A stretch of 64,000 bases of DNA from the NCBI GenBank assembly GCA_002633005.1, contig NMRA01000017.1, positions 12,463-76,462 on the forward strand. Reading direction: 5' to 3'. Made by a program: the position numbers and the translations under genes. Origin of the DNA: Phoronis australis (Eukaryota > Animalia > Phoronida). Shown here piece after piece: positions 1 to 12,139 of the stretch (its first letter is position 1; each line of letters starts with the position of its first letter). The notes below the pieces were generated by a model that saw only the letters and a program-made list of their open reading frames with translations, ran no database searches and was not told the origin of the DNA.

Positions 1-197
1 ATGCTGGGCTGTGGGGAAGTGTCTTGTCATGCTGGGCTGTGGGGAATTGCCTTGTCATGTTGGGCTGTGGGGGAAGTGCCTTGTCAGGCTGGACTGTATG
101 GAAGTGCCTTGTCATGCTGGGCTGTGGGGAAGTGCATTGTCATGCTGGGCTGTTGGTAAGTGCCTTATCATGCTCAGCTGTGGGGAAGTGCCCTGTC
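1..197. repeat. 28-bp minisatellite (ATGCTGGGCTGTGGGGAAGTGCCTTGTC), ~7 copies, probably continuing upstream of the window
   Basis: Units start at 1, 29, 57, 86, 114, 142, 170; explains the repetitive ORFs 11..274 and 24..209. Confidence 0.95.
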
Positions 198-446
198 AAT
201 GTCAGTTAAACCACATTAAGAGCTCCAGAGTAAGTATTTTGTCATTTTTAGGCAACAAATATGGCTCCCACTGAGTCTTTACTCCCTGCTTAACATTCTT
301 TACTGACTGCAAGTGTCTTAACTTCAGTGGGAGCAGTCATTTACAACCCGACTAAATTTACTCCAGTATCTAATTTACACCGACCCCTTCAAAATTTGGG
401 AATAGCAACCAGCGTAACATTTGATTCAGAGGCATGAGTATTTGGC

Positions 447-712
447 ATGTGTGCACCCAGGGGGGGCTCATGGGGCTTGAATGAGCCCCCCTCCCTTTTG
501 GTGAAATGGGTAAAAAGGTCCACCTCAGAGAAACAAAAAGTCCAAGAAAATGTGACAAAAGTCCACTAAAAAGGCTCAGATGTACAGTTCACAGACCTGA
601 AGGTTGTACCCCATTTTTTTTCTTTAGTCCTCCTGTTTTTTTGTTAGCAAAAGGTCCACTTTGTCAGAGATTCGAGCCCCCCCCCCCATGTTAAAGGCTT
701 TGTGCGCGCAAG
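447..712. mobile_element. Degenerate GC-rich MITE-like insertion
   Basis: CATGTGTGCAC..GGGGGGGCTC at the left and GAGCCCCCCCC..GTGCGCGCA at the right resemble the hAT-like MITEs elsewhere in the window; no clear TSD. Confidence 0.4.
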
Positions 713-1370
713 TTTGGGAACACTTAACCCATATGAATGTTCAACTTATACACCATCTTTGGCTTTAATCCGTTTAACCATAGATTTTTACTGCGGTGGC
801 TGTTACCCTGATTCAGTTGGAACGATGGCGCTTTAATGTGGATGCTTATCATAATGTTTATCATAATTATCTAAATAATGTTACTCTGCATCTTTACTCC
901 AGTTTGAGCATTGAGAAACCATCTAAAATTGTTGATTGTTATAAGATATTGTGGTTACAACTAGTCCTGAATGTCGATCAATTGGGACATAAAGTGTGAT
1001 TGTCATGGGTAAATAATGTCACCCAAGGGGTACTGAGACATCACGCCAGAACTAGCACACTTGGTTTTCATATCTCGGATTTACATTATACAGGAGTTTT
1101 CAAAATAGACTGGACAGTATCGAAACTCGGCAATGCTTCGTCGTGCAAAACCAGTACTAAATATTCATGATTTTTATTATTAGTAGAGTTTGTTTTAATT
1201 CTAGATAAATCTTGATAAAATGTGTTCTAGTGTTGCTCCATCCACGTTGTCATAATCACGACAATATTTGGCGCATAAGGCAAAGTCTTATTGACATGTA
1301 TTGGCCATGTAGCCTTCGAAGGCTTGTACTTATCAGATCGAACAACAACGCAATGTCCTTAAACTTATGA

Positions 1371-1721
<351 letters not shown>

Positions 1722-1839
1722 TAAATGCACATATTGGTACTTAAGTTGAATCCAAATTTCAATAATATATGCTTTCATAAATAAAAAGTTTACTCACTAC
1801 TTAGTCCTAGTAAAAATATGATCATGTTATTTCCTCTAG

Positions 1840-1922
1840 GAATAGATATGGTGTTCCTTAAGCAAGCAATATCACTGTGCCATGGAACTGTATACTCACT
1901 TCATAAAACAGCGACAAGAGAG
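1840..1922 (+). CDS. METTL5: METTL5 internal exon
   Basis: cctctAG acceptor, GAG|GTGAGT donor, phase-compatible; GIDMVFLKQAISLCHGTVYSLHKTATRE (conserved VYSLHK..TR). Confidence 0.95.
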
Positions 1923-1991
1923 GTGAGTTTTCTCCTCTTTTGTTTTCTTAATAGTCGTGATTTTTTGTCCAACCTGTCAGCAATGAGTTTA

Positions 1992-2587
1992 GGTGACCCA
2001 AGGTCTAATCTTTTTACTCAGTATCAAATTTTTGGCATTTTCTATTCTACTTTTTTGCAAACTCAAGATAAGTTTAGTTATCCTAAAGCATGATCTAGTG
2101 GTTCACATGGATAACTTTCTAATCCTAGTTTGCACTTAATGACCTCCATCAGTGATGCCCTAGTGCATAGTGGTTTACATGGATGACTTTCTAATCCTGG
2201 TTTGCGCTTAATGACCCGATCAGTGATGCTGTAGTGCGTGGTGGTTTACACGGATGACTTTCTAATCCTAGTTTGCACTTAATGACCCGATCAGTGATGC
2301 TGTAGTGCGTGGTGGTTTACATGGATGACTTTCTAATTCTAGTTTGCTCTTAATGACCTCCATCATTGATGCTCAAACTTTAGAGTTTTTACTCAAAATT
2401 TCAACTTTATACTTGAGTTCTTAGCTCAAATCTTGGCATCGTCAAATGCGAACTTGGACTTGAAACTCATTTGCATAATCCATAATGTACTCGGTCACTG
2501 AACAATAAACACTTATCTTGAGTTAGTACAAAAGTAGATGGGAAAATGAGTCTTATTTCGAGTAGAAAGATTGGATCTCGGCATCAG
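1992..2587. mobile_element. Degenerate MITE in a METTL5 intron, related to the Harbinger-type MITE at 52409-52809
   Basis: Left AATCTTTTTACTC...CTACTTTT...CTCAAGATAAGT is inverted to right ACTTATCTTGAG...AAAAGTAGA...TTTCGAGTAGAAAGATTGGA; the same right-end string occurs at 52721-52800. Confidence 0.6.
2096..2372. repeat. 71-72 bp minisatellite, ~4 copies, inside the MITE
   Basis: ACA(T/C)GGAT recurs at 2105, 2177, 2248, 2319. Confidence 0.9.
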
Positions 2588-3169
2588 GCAATCTACAGTC
2601 TGCCAGTAGTTAGCTCGGTCCCCACTATTGTCATTTGGATCGGAAATCATGGGACAAGTAGCAAATCATCACCACATTCTTACATATCCAATACAGCAAG
2701 ATTCCTTTATTACAGTGGATATTGATGAAAAATGATTGCATGTAGCACAAGGAGTATTCAAGACTCAAGGCTGTATTCATTAGCAAACTAGTTGGCTATG
2801 TTTCCAGCAGGTCGAGGACCAGTTGCCTGCTCATTTCTGAAACTCGGATGAAAATTTGTGACATCTGCTGTATAGCCTGTTCATAGACACCTAGTGGTAT
2901 TCATTTTGAAATGATTACTGGTAACAGGAAACTGCTGGTTGGTTCATCTAAATAATGGTTTTTATGTCTTGTCTTGTAATAAATGTCTCTTGGTTGTAAT
3001 CTATAATGTTCCAACCTGATAAGTTGTCTAGTGTTGTTTCATTTTATATCATCCAACAATGTTCAATAGTCAATTTTTATAGTAAAACGTCCCATGATAT
3101 GTGTGAATTTCGAATCTGTCACAAAAACATGAATACCGTTGTCACTAAAACGCTTAATCTGAACACTGA

Positions 3170-3415
<246 letters not shown>

Positions 3416-3959
3416 CAGTGTTCTCTATCTCTGTAAAGTACACCTATTGGTTGATTCCCTTAGTCCCTGAGGCTATAATCATGCCATCCTTATTATCAAC
3501 ATCAAGGAACAGTGTATGGTCTTGAATGGTGCTCATGCTGTTGTCAACAACGAAATGGTGCAACCTCTTTTGACTCGCAGTAGCAATGAGGTTGAATATC
3601 ACCCGAATCTCGATTATTTGTGTCAAGTTTGAAAAACTACAAAGAGTTTCTACTCTTGAAAGATGAGCTCTTTGTTTAGCAAAATGGACTTCACTTACAA
3701 ACTCTCCACAGTATGGGGATGAACTTTTGATCATGTACATGAATTTTGTTGCTCGAGTGGAGTTTTCTGCTGTCGAGAACATTGTGAAAATCCTGGTGGT
3801 AGTTGTTATTATTATCTATACTACTGAATAACTGACTAGGCTTTTGAGGAATGTTAGGCTTCATATCTAAAACCAACATATGAATACAACCTTGACACTG
3901 CATGCTAGGGTACTGCTCGTGGCACGTCCTGTATTATAGGCATGTTTTGGTTAATTTAA

Positions 3960-4333
3960 AGCTGCATTTTGCCGCTGTTTAGCTGACAGTGTTGAATTCT
4001 CCACCAAAGACCTTTGGGCTTAAAAACATTACCACACTCATACGATCTTGAATTTTTCCCAAATGAACCAGCATCTCCAGTCACAGACAATGCGTTCATG
4101 CGCCATTTTCAAATTCCCAATTTTAAGGTTGCCCAACCCCAATAAACTTAGCATCTTTTCTCGAGTCAGTGATTTTATGATGATTTTGTTAGTAACACAA
4201 CTAGAATTCCATCATGGTAACGAGTGTCATGGTAACGAGTGTCATGGTAACGAGTATTAGGAGACCAATTTGTCAGGATAAAATCCTTAATTCAGTTTTT
4301 GTTTCAAGTCATCCAAACTGACGAAATGCAGCT
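3960..4333. mobile_element. Non-autonomous TTAA-target (Kolobok-type) DNA transposon/MITE
   Basis: TTAA at 3956-3959 and 4334-4337; TIR AGCTGCATTT...AAATGCAGCT; internal 15-bp repeat CATGGTAACGAGTGT, about 3 copies. Confidence 0.8.
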
Positions 4334-4464
4334 TTAAGTATTTGATGTACTTGACCATGCTTTTCTTTGCCATCCCGAACTGCTTTGGTTAGCGAAAGGT
4401 TGGCTTAGTCCATGGTCACATATGTCAATCCCTACTTCCATGGATGTAGGTAAGATAAGACAGT

Positions 4465-4871
4465 TTACGTGTTATACATGTAGAACACAAGAAGTGCAGC
4501 CGCTATTGCCATTGTCATAGCCCTATCAGCCGTCACGACACCTGCCGTTCCTTTGCCAGTCACCCTGGTATAGCTGCAGTCACCAGTCGCGGTTTTGTTT
4601 ATTGAAGAAATATCGAATAAATATCTGTCCAAACTGTCTCCTCCTGTGAGTTTTTTCTTAGTATATTCCACACAGCTATCCACTAACAAAGTCTCTAGCC
4701 CTTTGAAGAAATCCATGCAGACGAGGATGCTCGCGCGTGGCAGGCTGTTAAACCACGTGTTATACTGACCCGTCTCTCTGTAAGTGCACGTGCTCACTCC
4801 CACGCGTTTATACGACTTACGACAGAGGTCATACTTGTTCTTATGGAGGGGATTGGTGACGTCATCTTCTG
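4465..4871 (-). CDS. Gene A (ZP-N/LDLa/GPI-type surface protein) exon 7: Cys-containing domain and hydrophobic GPI-type tail
   Basis: cattttcAG acceptor, phase 1; SEDDVTNP...STCTYRETGQYN...CMDFFKGL...MAIAAALLVFYMYNT*; homologous to gene B exon 29096-29496. Confidence 0.88.
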
Positions 4872-4969
4872 CTGAAAATGGTGTTTAATTCAATTACAAG
4901 CATAGGACCATGCTCAAAACGTCTACAACCAGTAAGCTATCATTTTGCATAGTCGGTCTTTGAATTTGG

Positions 4970-5330
4970 TTACGCTGTACTCTAGAAAATATCCAAATTT
5001 GTCTGACTTCAGCACGTTATATCTCAGAAATGGCTGATGGATTCATGTGAAACTTTCAGTACTATACTTCATGCACTGTTCCCCAAAATGTTGTTATGAT
5101 TTGTCCTTTTGTGTGAAAAACAATCAAAAATGGCATGGACCGAAAACTTGAACTTGAACATTTACTTATCGAATGAAAGTTGATCATGTCATTGATGCTA
5201 ACGCCGTATTGCGATGAATGTACCTTCGCACTTTTACTAAAACGGCATGGTCATGTGGCCCAATCACTGGAAGATTGAGAAAAAATGTTATGCGTTTTTA
5301 CATTGTCTAGATATTTATACTCGCGTAACT
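4970..5330 (+). mobile_element. Fragment of a dispersed Kolobok-type non-autonomous family (also at ~22650-23155, 31265-31660, 36017-36497, 45540-45675, 46268-46890)
   Basis: Shared core TATCTCAGAAATGGCTGAT..GATTC..ATGAAACTTTCAG; family ends GGTTATGTAGGAC/GTCCTACATAACC-TTAA are seen in other copies. Confidence 0.6.
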
Positions 5331-5733
5331 GCTTACATTGTTTCCCGTTGCGGGGCTTTAAAAAATCGATACCTTTGACGCAGGACATGGGTGTTTTTTA
5401 TTGGCATCACGTGACAGCACATTGAATTCTGTTACCTTGTATGCGCCTATTTAGACCCGTGCGCCGATATTTGAAGCTCAAGTAATACGTTTTACAATAA
5501 ACTTTTTCTCGACGTGTGTTGCCTAAGTGTGGTTTTACTCAAAGTTTCGTGAACAGAAGCATGCGCATTACTTTGGCTTCCGGCGCAGCTTCACATAATG
5601 GTGCAGTGCCTGGACGACAGTGCGCACGAGAGGGGCCTCCAATATTCTACTTTTGCATACATTTGCACACAATGAGTGAGTGAGTGAGTAAATTATATAC
5701 CGCATCACAGCGTACTCACTGGCTCATACTCAC

Positions 5734-5829
5734 AGGCCAGAAAGTCCTTCCGTAGGTAAGCGAAACCCCTGTATTCCAACCACTCGACCTTGCCATCTTT
5801 TTCACATTTCTCTATGTTGTAAGTACCAT
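5734..5829 (-). CDS. Gene A exon 6
   Basis: tttcAG / GTGAGT, phase 1-1; NGTYNIEKCEKDGKVEWLEYRGFAYLRKDFLA versus gene B GGYNIQVYKK...WIEYRGVSYFLKDQLS. Confidence 0.88.
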
Positions 5830-5917
5830 CTGAAATGAATTGGTCCAAGTATTGTAGGATAACATATCCCCGAATTTCACAACTGTTGTTATCATCATGT
5901 CTCACGGGTATGTAACA

Positions 5918-6554
5918 CATAGGCGGATTTAGGGCCCGCCCCCCCCCCTTGGCTGCCGCAAAAAAATAAAACAGTAAGAGCGTAGGGAAATGTTGAGTTT
6001 ATTAATTAATCCCGGTAATTAAAATTATACGAATGAAATAAGATTTAAATGTGTGCAGTTTTAGTGTNAAGAAAATTTACTTCATTTTTTAAAGAAAATG
6101 GAATCTGAGTGACGATGAAAAACAGAAGCTGCTGGAAAGATGTGTTTAATCGAAGCCTTAGTGAATCACTCAGAAACTCGCAATACTCTCTTTGTCAAAC
6201 CTTATCTTAAGACGATTTCCAAAGCAATCCCGTCATTATTGCCAACACGAAAAACGGATTTGGTCTTTTGGGCATTTGAAGACTATTTTAATTCCGACAA
6301 ATTTGTTAAGAATTGATGGCACAAAATATAAAACGTGTAATAAGCATTCCAAAAAGAAGTAGGTTTCGCGCGCAAACGCTGTGGACCATAAATAAGTAGG
6401 TCTCTTAGATAGAGATTTACAGTTAAGTCGTGGTGGTGTAGTGGTAACGCACGCGCATTCAATTCGCCAGGTCGTGAGTTCGAGTCTTAGGTTCTTGCAG
6501 TTTTTTCGCAAAAAGTTGCCCCCCCCCCCTTGTGATATCCTAGATCCGCCACTG
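5918..6554. mobile_element. hAT-like GC-rich MITE with a 6-bp TSD, carrying a tRNA-like segment
   Basis: TIR CATAGGCGGATTTAGG / CCTAGATCCGCCACTG; GTAACA duplicated at 5912-5917 and 6555-6560. Confidence 0.8.
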
Positions 6555-6764
6555 GTAACAGGTTATGTATTGTTTTCAATCGTGAGTTTGTAGTGCCGTA
6601 CACATGTCTTCGGGTGTATCAGACTAGTCAAGTATAGGTCGTCACGGCCCTCCAACCTTAGTAACGTTGTTATATGACGGCAGAGGAAGTCAGCGAAAAC
6701 GGCTCTTAAAGTCCAGGCCGCGTCCAAACTCCTTTTTCGTGTACCCCATCACTTGCCTACTTAC

Positions 6765-6923
6765 TTGGATTGGCATTACATCCAATTTCTCGCGAGTTTT
6801 TGTCGACACATCTCTCGACACCAGTCGTTGCGCCTGCGCATCTGACCATGGAGTTCATGCATTTATTTTTGTAGACGCAGAAGAACATGCCAGCGATACA
6901 CTCCCGAACAGTGCGGATGTCAG
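6765..6923 (-). CDS. Gene A exon 5: LDL-receptor class A-like 6-Cys repeat
   Basis: ttctAG / GTAAGT, phase 1-1; CIAGMFFCVYKNKCMNSMVRCAGATTGVERCVDKNSREIGC; 26/47 residues identical to gene B by hand count. Confidence 0.9.
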
Positions 6924-7412
6924 CTAGAACAAAATTAATTGTACATTTTCCATGTCGTCATCCACATCAAAACAGATTGTTGATTTATGTCGTTTCCAGT
7001 AGCGGTATCTTGAGAAGACCAAATGATAGGAATATGGAACATACGACATACAGCGGTTTATCATTCGCGCGCGAGAGCGTCTGTTGCTTGACCCAATTAC
7101 TAATTCTGGTGCACCAGACGGGCTAAACTGACCGGCAGAAAACAATCGATTTCTGTCATTAATGGACATTTCGGGGCGATGAACATTTTCGTGTGAATCG
7201 CCCAATTAGTCCTGCAGCGCGATGTTCTGGACTAGTCTGATTGCTAAATTAATGAAACTCACAGAAAGACCGAGCATAGTTAGACTACCTCATTATCTAT
7301 TTCAAAAGTGAGCGATCGAGTATTTCTTCTAGCCCTAGGTGTTGTTGGGAGTTCCTGGTTCTTCTGTGAAGACCTTAATGTCATGTAATAGGATGTCTTA
7401 AGTACCACTTAC

Positions 7413-7554
7413 CGAATGACACGGACTGTTGCCTTGGTGGCAGTTTGAAGTCGCACGTGACAATGAAATTTCTGTAACTACCTTTCGTCACAATGTTTGT
7501 TGACAGGTTGCCCATGTAAGCACTCATGTTGACAACAGCGACTTCTCCATTTCT
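7413..7554 (-). CDS. Gene A exon 4: second half of the ZP-N-like domain
   Basis: ttgtAG / GTAAGT, phase 0-1; RNGEVAVVNMSAYMGNLSTNIVTKGSYRNFIVTCDFKLPPRQQSVSF. Confidence 0.88.
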
Positions 7555-9922
7555 CTACAACATTTCACACGTGTCTTTGTCATTCGTGACCAGCACATAT
7601 GAGACTACAATAATGCATAACGTCATGACAACCCATTGTCGGGGATCGGAAACCCAACAAGCAGGTGATAGTTTTCAGAAAAAAATCTCCCTGTTTTGAA
7701 AGAACGGAAATTTTCCGGGAAAACGTCCGCGACATTAATGTGACATTCGGTACCTCAGTGTTGTCGCCCAGGCCGCAATATATGCCGAGTGTCACAATAC
7801 ATGCCGTTAACAACCCGGCACATATTCTCGCTCTCAGGGGGTGACGATATGTGTTGGGTGCGACAATTTACTTGTCACATTGTGGAGGCACATATTAACA
7901 TCCCTTACACTGAAGAGTCGTTTTTCACGAAGTCGCATTGTTGTGTACATGTGATCGCGCTGCTGTGGGTAGGCCTACGCGGTGACATGGGGTAATTCAA
8001 ACTTCAGTGAAGGATAGTCCCGGTACTATGAGATGGTCGATTCACGGACATGGATTGATGACCCAAATCTTGAGTAGAGGGATACCGAAAGTTTGAGGTA
8101 TAGTTCAAAACATGTTTGTCAAGGTCATCTTTGAGCAACATGGTTATTGTTAGGGCTCCCGTCTAGTGGCGCTGAAAAGCAACATGGCCGCGCCTGTGTA
8201 TGCTGTGGGTCCCTCAAAGTTGATGTTGCAAACGTTGCGGATAAAGGGTAGGCTTACTTTTCAACGTGCTTTGAGGGACCTGCACAGGGTTCAATAGCCC
8301 CTATAAGTCACACTGTAGTCCTGTAAAAAAAAATTTCCCTGTCTGCATTAAGCATCTATGTTTATTCTCGTCAATTTATTTCGTAAGAAAACAGAACTGA
8401 ACATACGTAGAGATAGCCATGTAACAGTCTTGGAACACTAACTAATCTGCACGTAAAGGGGTTGAGTGTGGGGATTGTTATACATCAGAGACATGGTACT
8501 CGCAGGAGGGAGTCTCTCAACATTCTTGGGTACACATGCAGGTGCCATATACTTTTGTCCGGGAGTGAGCCCCGAGACAGGCACACATGGCTGAGGTAAT
8601 AATACAATGATCTGTGTTTAAAATTTATTAGACAAAGTGATGTGTGGAGATTAAGTTATGCTCACATTTCTATATTTCTATTGTAATTTGCCACTTGCGC
8701 CGAGGCATTTTTCTCATTTGCTTGTCGATGAGCGATAATGATGTCGCTGTCGTTCTCTAATTCTTCCATTTTTGTATAGACAAACGGGTTTTCGCCCGGG
8801 TTTTCGGCACAAAAGTGTCTTTCCAATATTTTAAAAAGTTTGTATTTTCAAAGTTAAAAGTAAATATTTAGGTACAATTTCGCTTCGTATTCCGTATTTT
8901 GTCAGTTGTTCTGCGTCGACTACGCGCACATTTGGTTTACGATGGATCGTTAGCAAACCGCTGAATATCAGAACATTTCTCGTTGCACTGACCTTCCACT
9001 CAGAAAGCAATATTGTCCAATTTTGGAAGTTCACATCATATTTGTCCTTTTGTAAAGAAAAAATGAAAAACAACAGCTCACGAGCGCATCGTTGAATTTG
9101 TTATCTGTGAAAATGACATTTGGTCTACTTGTAAATGCTTTTCCTGTGGTTGAGCGAGGCATACTGCCACAGTGACGTCACAGTCGTGCATGTGCAGCAT
9201 GCGATATCTCTCAAAGTTGGACTTGAGTATCCCAGATATTAATGTTTGCAAAATCTACGCTCTCGCACACAAAGCTGACGTCAGGCGTGGTTATCATTAG
9301 GTGCGACCTCGTTTTTAGTTTTTTGGGCCTCCATTTGACTCTGGACCCGCCTGGCCATCTGGTAACATTGTGGGGCACCAATTTGTGTCGGTGTTCATCA
9401 TTGCAGCATATAATTTATTGCCACACTGGACAAACGTCACACAGGTGACAGTGCGTCTGTGTGTGTCGATGTAACGGCATATTGTCGCACTGGTGACAAT
9501 ATATGTTACAGCAGCGCCCCGCTTTGAAAGAGAGTCCAACATAGCGATACAAATGGGCTAATAATAGATTTTATGCACTGTTTGAAACCCTTTCAAATCC
9601 CGGCATTCAGCATTTTTGTGAAGAAGACAACGAAGAACCAAACTTTGACGATTGTCATTGACAACATTGACAATTTTGCTGAGAGGATGACACGTTTGAG
9701 CGTTTCATGAACAGTATATGAAACCTCACGTTCTTCTCTTGTCGCGCTTTTTATAACGTTTTGTTAATTTTCAAAGGTTTTACACCATCCTTTCCGGCCA
9801 GAATGTTGAACTATGGGAGAAAATCATTACTTCCGTTTCCGAGACCAACAAATGTCTTTCGAGTGATAAACGTGAAAAACGTTGTCTGGTTGCGTAGAAG
9901 CCGTTGATTGCATTCAACCTAC

Positions 9923-10140
9923 CTTCTCCACTACACCACACGTGTCAAAGAGTGGTTGGGTAATCACCAATGTCAAGGTGCTTTCGTGAGTTGCCACGCC
10001 TCCAGCTATGCACGGGTGATCTCGTCTTTCCATAGATCTGTTATAGCCGTCTGTCTCCAGTATTTTGTAACCTTCCCTCTTATCGTCTGTCATATATACC
10101 GTGATTTTCTTGTCGCTTATTGTCCCGCAAGCGTACGACA
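9923..10140 (-). CDS. Gene A exon 3: first half of the ZP-N-like domain
   Basis: ttccAG / GTAGGT, phase 1-0; VSYACGTISDKKITVYMTDD...HPCIAGGVATHESTLTLVITQPLFDTCGVVEK. Confidence 0.88.
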
Positions 10141-10809
10141 CTGGAATAACATCAAAATTTAAACTCATGGATCACAGTTATTGCACGATTTTATTGGAAC
10201 AAGATACCAAACCTCGTGTCTGCTCAAAAACACCAATAGAGGTGCGAAATGTCATTCCTTTCCTCTTTTATTAAAAGGAGTAATGCCTAGGTTCAGTCAA
10301 AGGCACTTTCTAACCCAACCCCGTCTCTCATTGGCTAATTGCAAACACGTAGCATCATGTAAAATTCGAAAACGTCGTCCTCGTTTGCAAAATGAAATAT
10401 AATGCCGGTTCAGTGAACGAAGAATTAATGAAATGTGTACTGGCACATACATGACAAGGAAAGTATTCCTTATCTATTTAACACCTGCCTGACAGTGCTG
10501 TGTTGAACATCTATGGTGATGACATAGGCTACAGCCGGTCTATTCGAAAACGTTGACTTAACTGGCGATTGTTTTTAACTATTGTAGGCCTAATCTGTCC
10601 TCCTCTCGGCCGTCGGATATTGGTTTTGTTGGTCAAACGATGAGTCGGTTGTAGAAATAATTAGCAACTCTGATCATTTTAAGGATTTAATTGAAATAAC
10701 TTAGTCTTGTAAGTTATTCATAACAAGGGCTAATTAACAGTTTAAATAGTAATCTCGGAGGGGACTTTGTGAAAACGTGGCCGACCGTGCCAAATACTGG
10801 ATTTTTACC

Positions 10810-10929
10810 CAGGGTCGCATCCAGGATTTTGAGTTACGGGGGATCAGGGCAGGGTATTAGCCAGGATTTTGCCAGTCAGACATTTTAGGGGGGCATGGCC
10901 CCCTTGGCCCCCATCTAAATCCACCACTG
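10810..10929 (-). mobile_element. Short hAT-like GC-rich MITE with 5-bp TSD TTACC
   Basis: CAGGG..GCATCCAG / CTAAATCCACCACTG ends; TTACC at 10805-10809 and 10930-10934; inverted relative of 20219-20380. Confidence 0.75.
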
Positions 10930-11300
10930 TTACCGACAATATCGGCACCATGTAATGCGCTCCAAAATTGTGGTTTTCAAGAAGAAAAAATGAGTTTGTG
11001 GCTACACTTTTGTTTACTCTTACCACCAAATTTAATATTCAAGATAGTCAACGAAAACGTGGATTCGTGAATTCTTGGTGGCATAGCGTTGATACTGGCA
11101 GCGCTTTCGTCACCTCATGAGGGCGCTGCGAAGGAAAATATTATACACCCCCCTACCCCCACCCACCATCCGGTCGACACCAGTTCGCGAGGCATCAACC
11201 CCTCTCGGTCACCACCCAGTTTAGGTCCGAGGTCGACTTACCGCCCTTCAGTACGCAGTTGACACTCGCTTTACCTCCGTCTGCACACACACCTCCCCTC

Positions 11301-11452
11301 CATTGGCGGCGCACCATAGGGGGTTAGAGGGGCTATAGCCCCCCACTTTTTTCAGTGCTACGCCGCACATGGTTTATATGCGGTGCAAGACAGGGGAGCT
11401 GAGGGGGCTTTAGCCCCCTCCCCCCACTTTTTTCAGTGCTGCGCCGCCCGTG
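11301..11452. mobile_element. GC-rich dimeric MITE (GGCGGCGCA...TGCGCCGCC); further copies at 17358-17518 and 19526-19717
   Basis: 9-bp TIR and an internal duplicated GGGGGCT..AGCCCCCCACTTTTTTCAGTGCT unit. Confidence 0.7.
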
Positions 11453-12139
11453 CATAACCTTAAAGTTTTCTGTTCATACATGTATAATATACATGGACTG
11501 TTTTGCACTACTTATACAAACAAATGTTTTAATTTATTGAATTTCATTGCTTGTAATTCATGGTTTATCCCTCTGGTGCCAGCCTTGTTATTACCGCTCA
11601 GGCCTCTCTGCAGTTTGGTTCTGACTGGGTGCTAATTTGCCCACCAGCCAAGTAAAATTGAAGGGATAAGTGTGTTTTACTCCATGAATGTCACAAATTT
11701 GAAGGTGTTGAACCCTAATTTTGAATTGGTGATAGTCACTTACAGGAGTCTTGGATTTTGAAAACCAGTTTGCCGTTAGTTCAGTGGAGAAACATGTTTC
11801 TCGAAACGTGGGACCTCTCCGTAAGTCATTATTTCCTTTGAAGTAAGTGGTTTTTGGTAATGCGAGTGTGGGATACCTTTTGAGATTTGTTCCTGTAAAT
11901 GCGATTGAGCAGGAAAACTTCTTGTTTGTGAACATTGGCAACAACTTGATTGCTATGGTGTCGGGGCGAGTCGTTTTACAGTAACCGTCGTATTGACTCA
12001 ATTCTGCCGCAAAATCGAATATAATCCAACTAAAATTCCTGTAACGTAGATTGGCAGCTGTGATACTAAAACTCATCCGCGCAAGTGACTACAATTGACA
12101 CTGCACTGCCGCGATACTTGTGCTGGCACAGTACTTTAA

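Noticed and set aside
1-274. ORFs with repeated LGCG resembling METTL5 SAM-binding motif I (DLGCG)
   Set aside because: They are translations of a 28-bp minisatellite (length not a multiple of 3), with no flanking METTL5 similarity or splice context
6427-6497. Functional tRNA gene
   Set aside because: Acceptor and anticodon stems do not pair convincingly; kept only as a tRNA-like segment
8831-9073. Candidate extra exon of gene A
   Set aside because: No suitable splice sites; exons 3 and 4 already join in frame and match gene B
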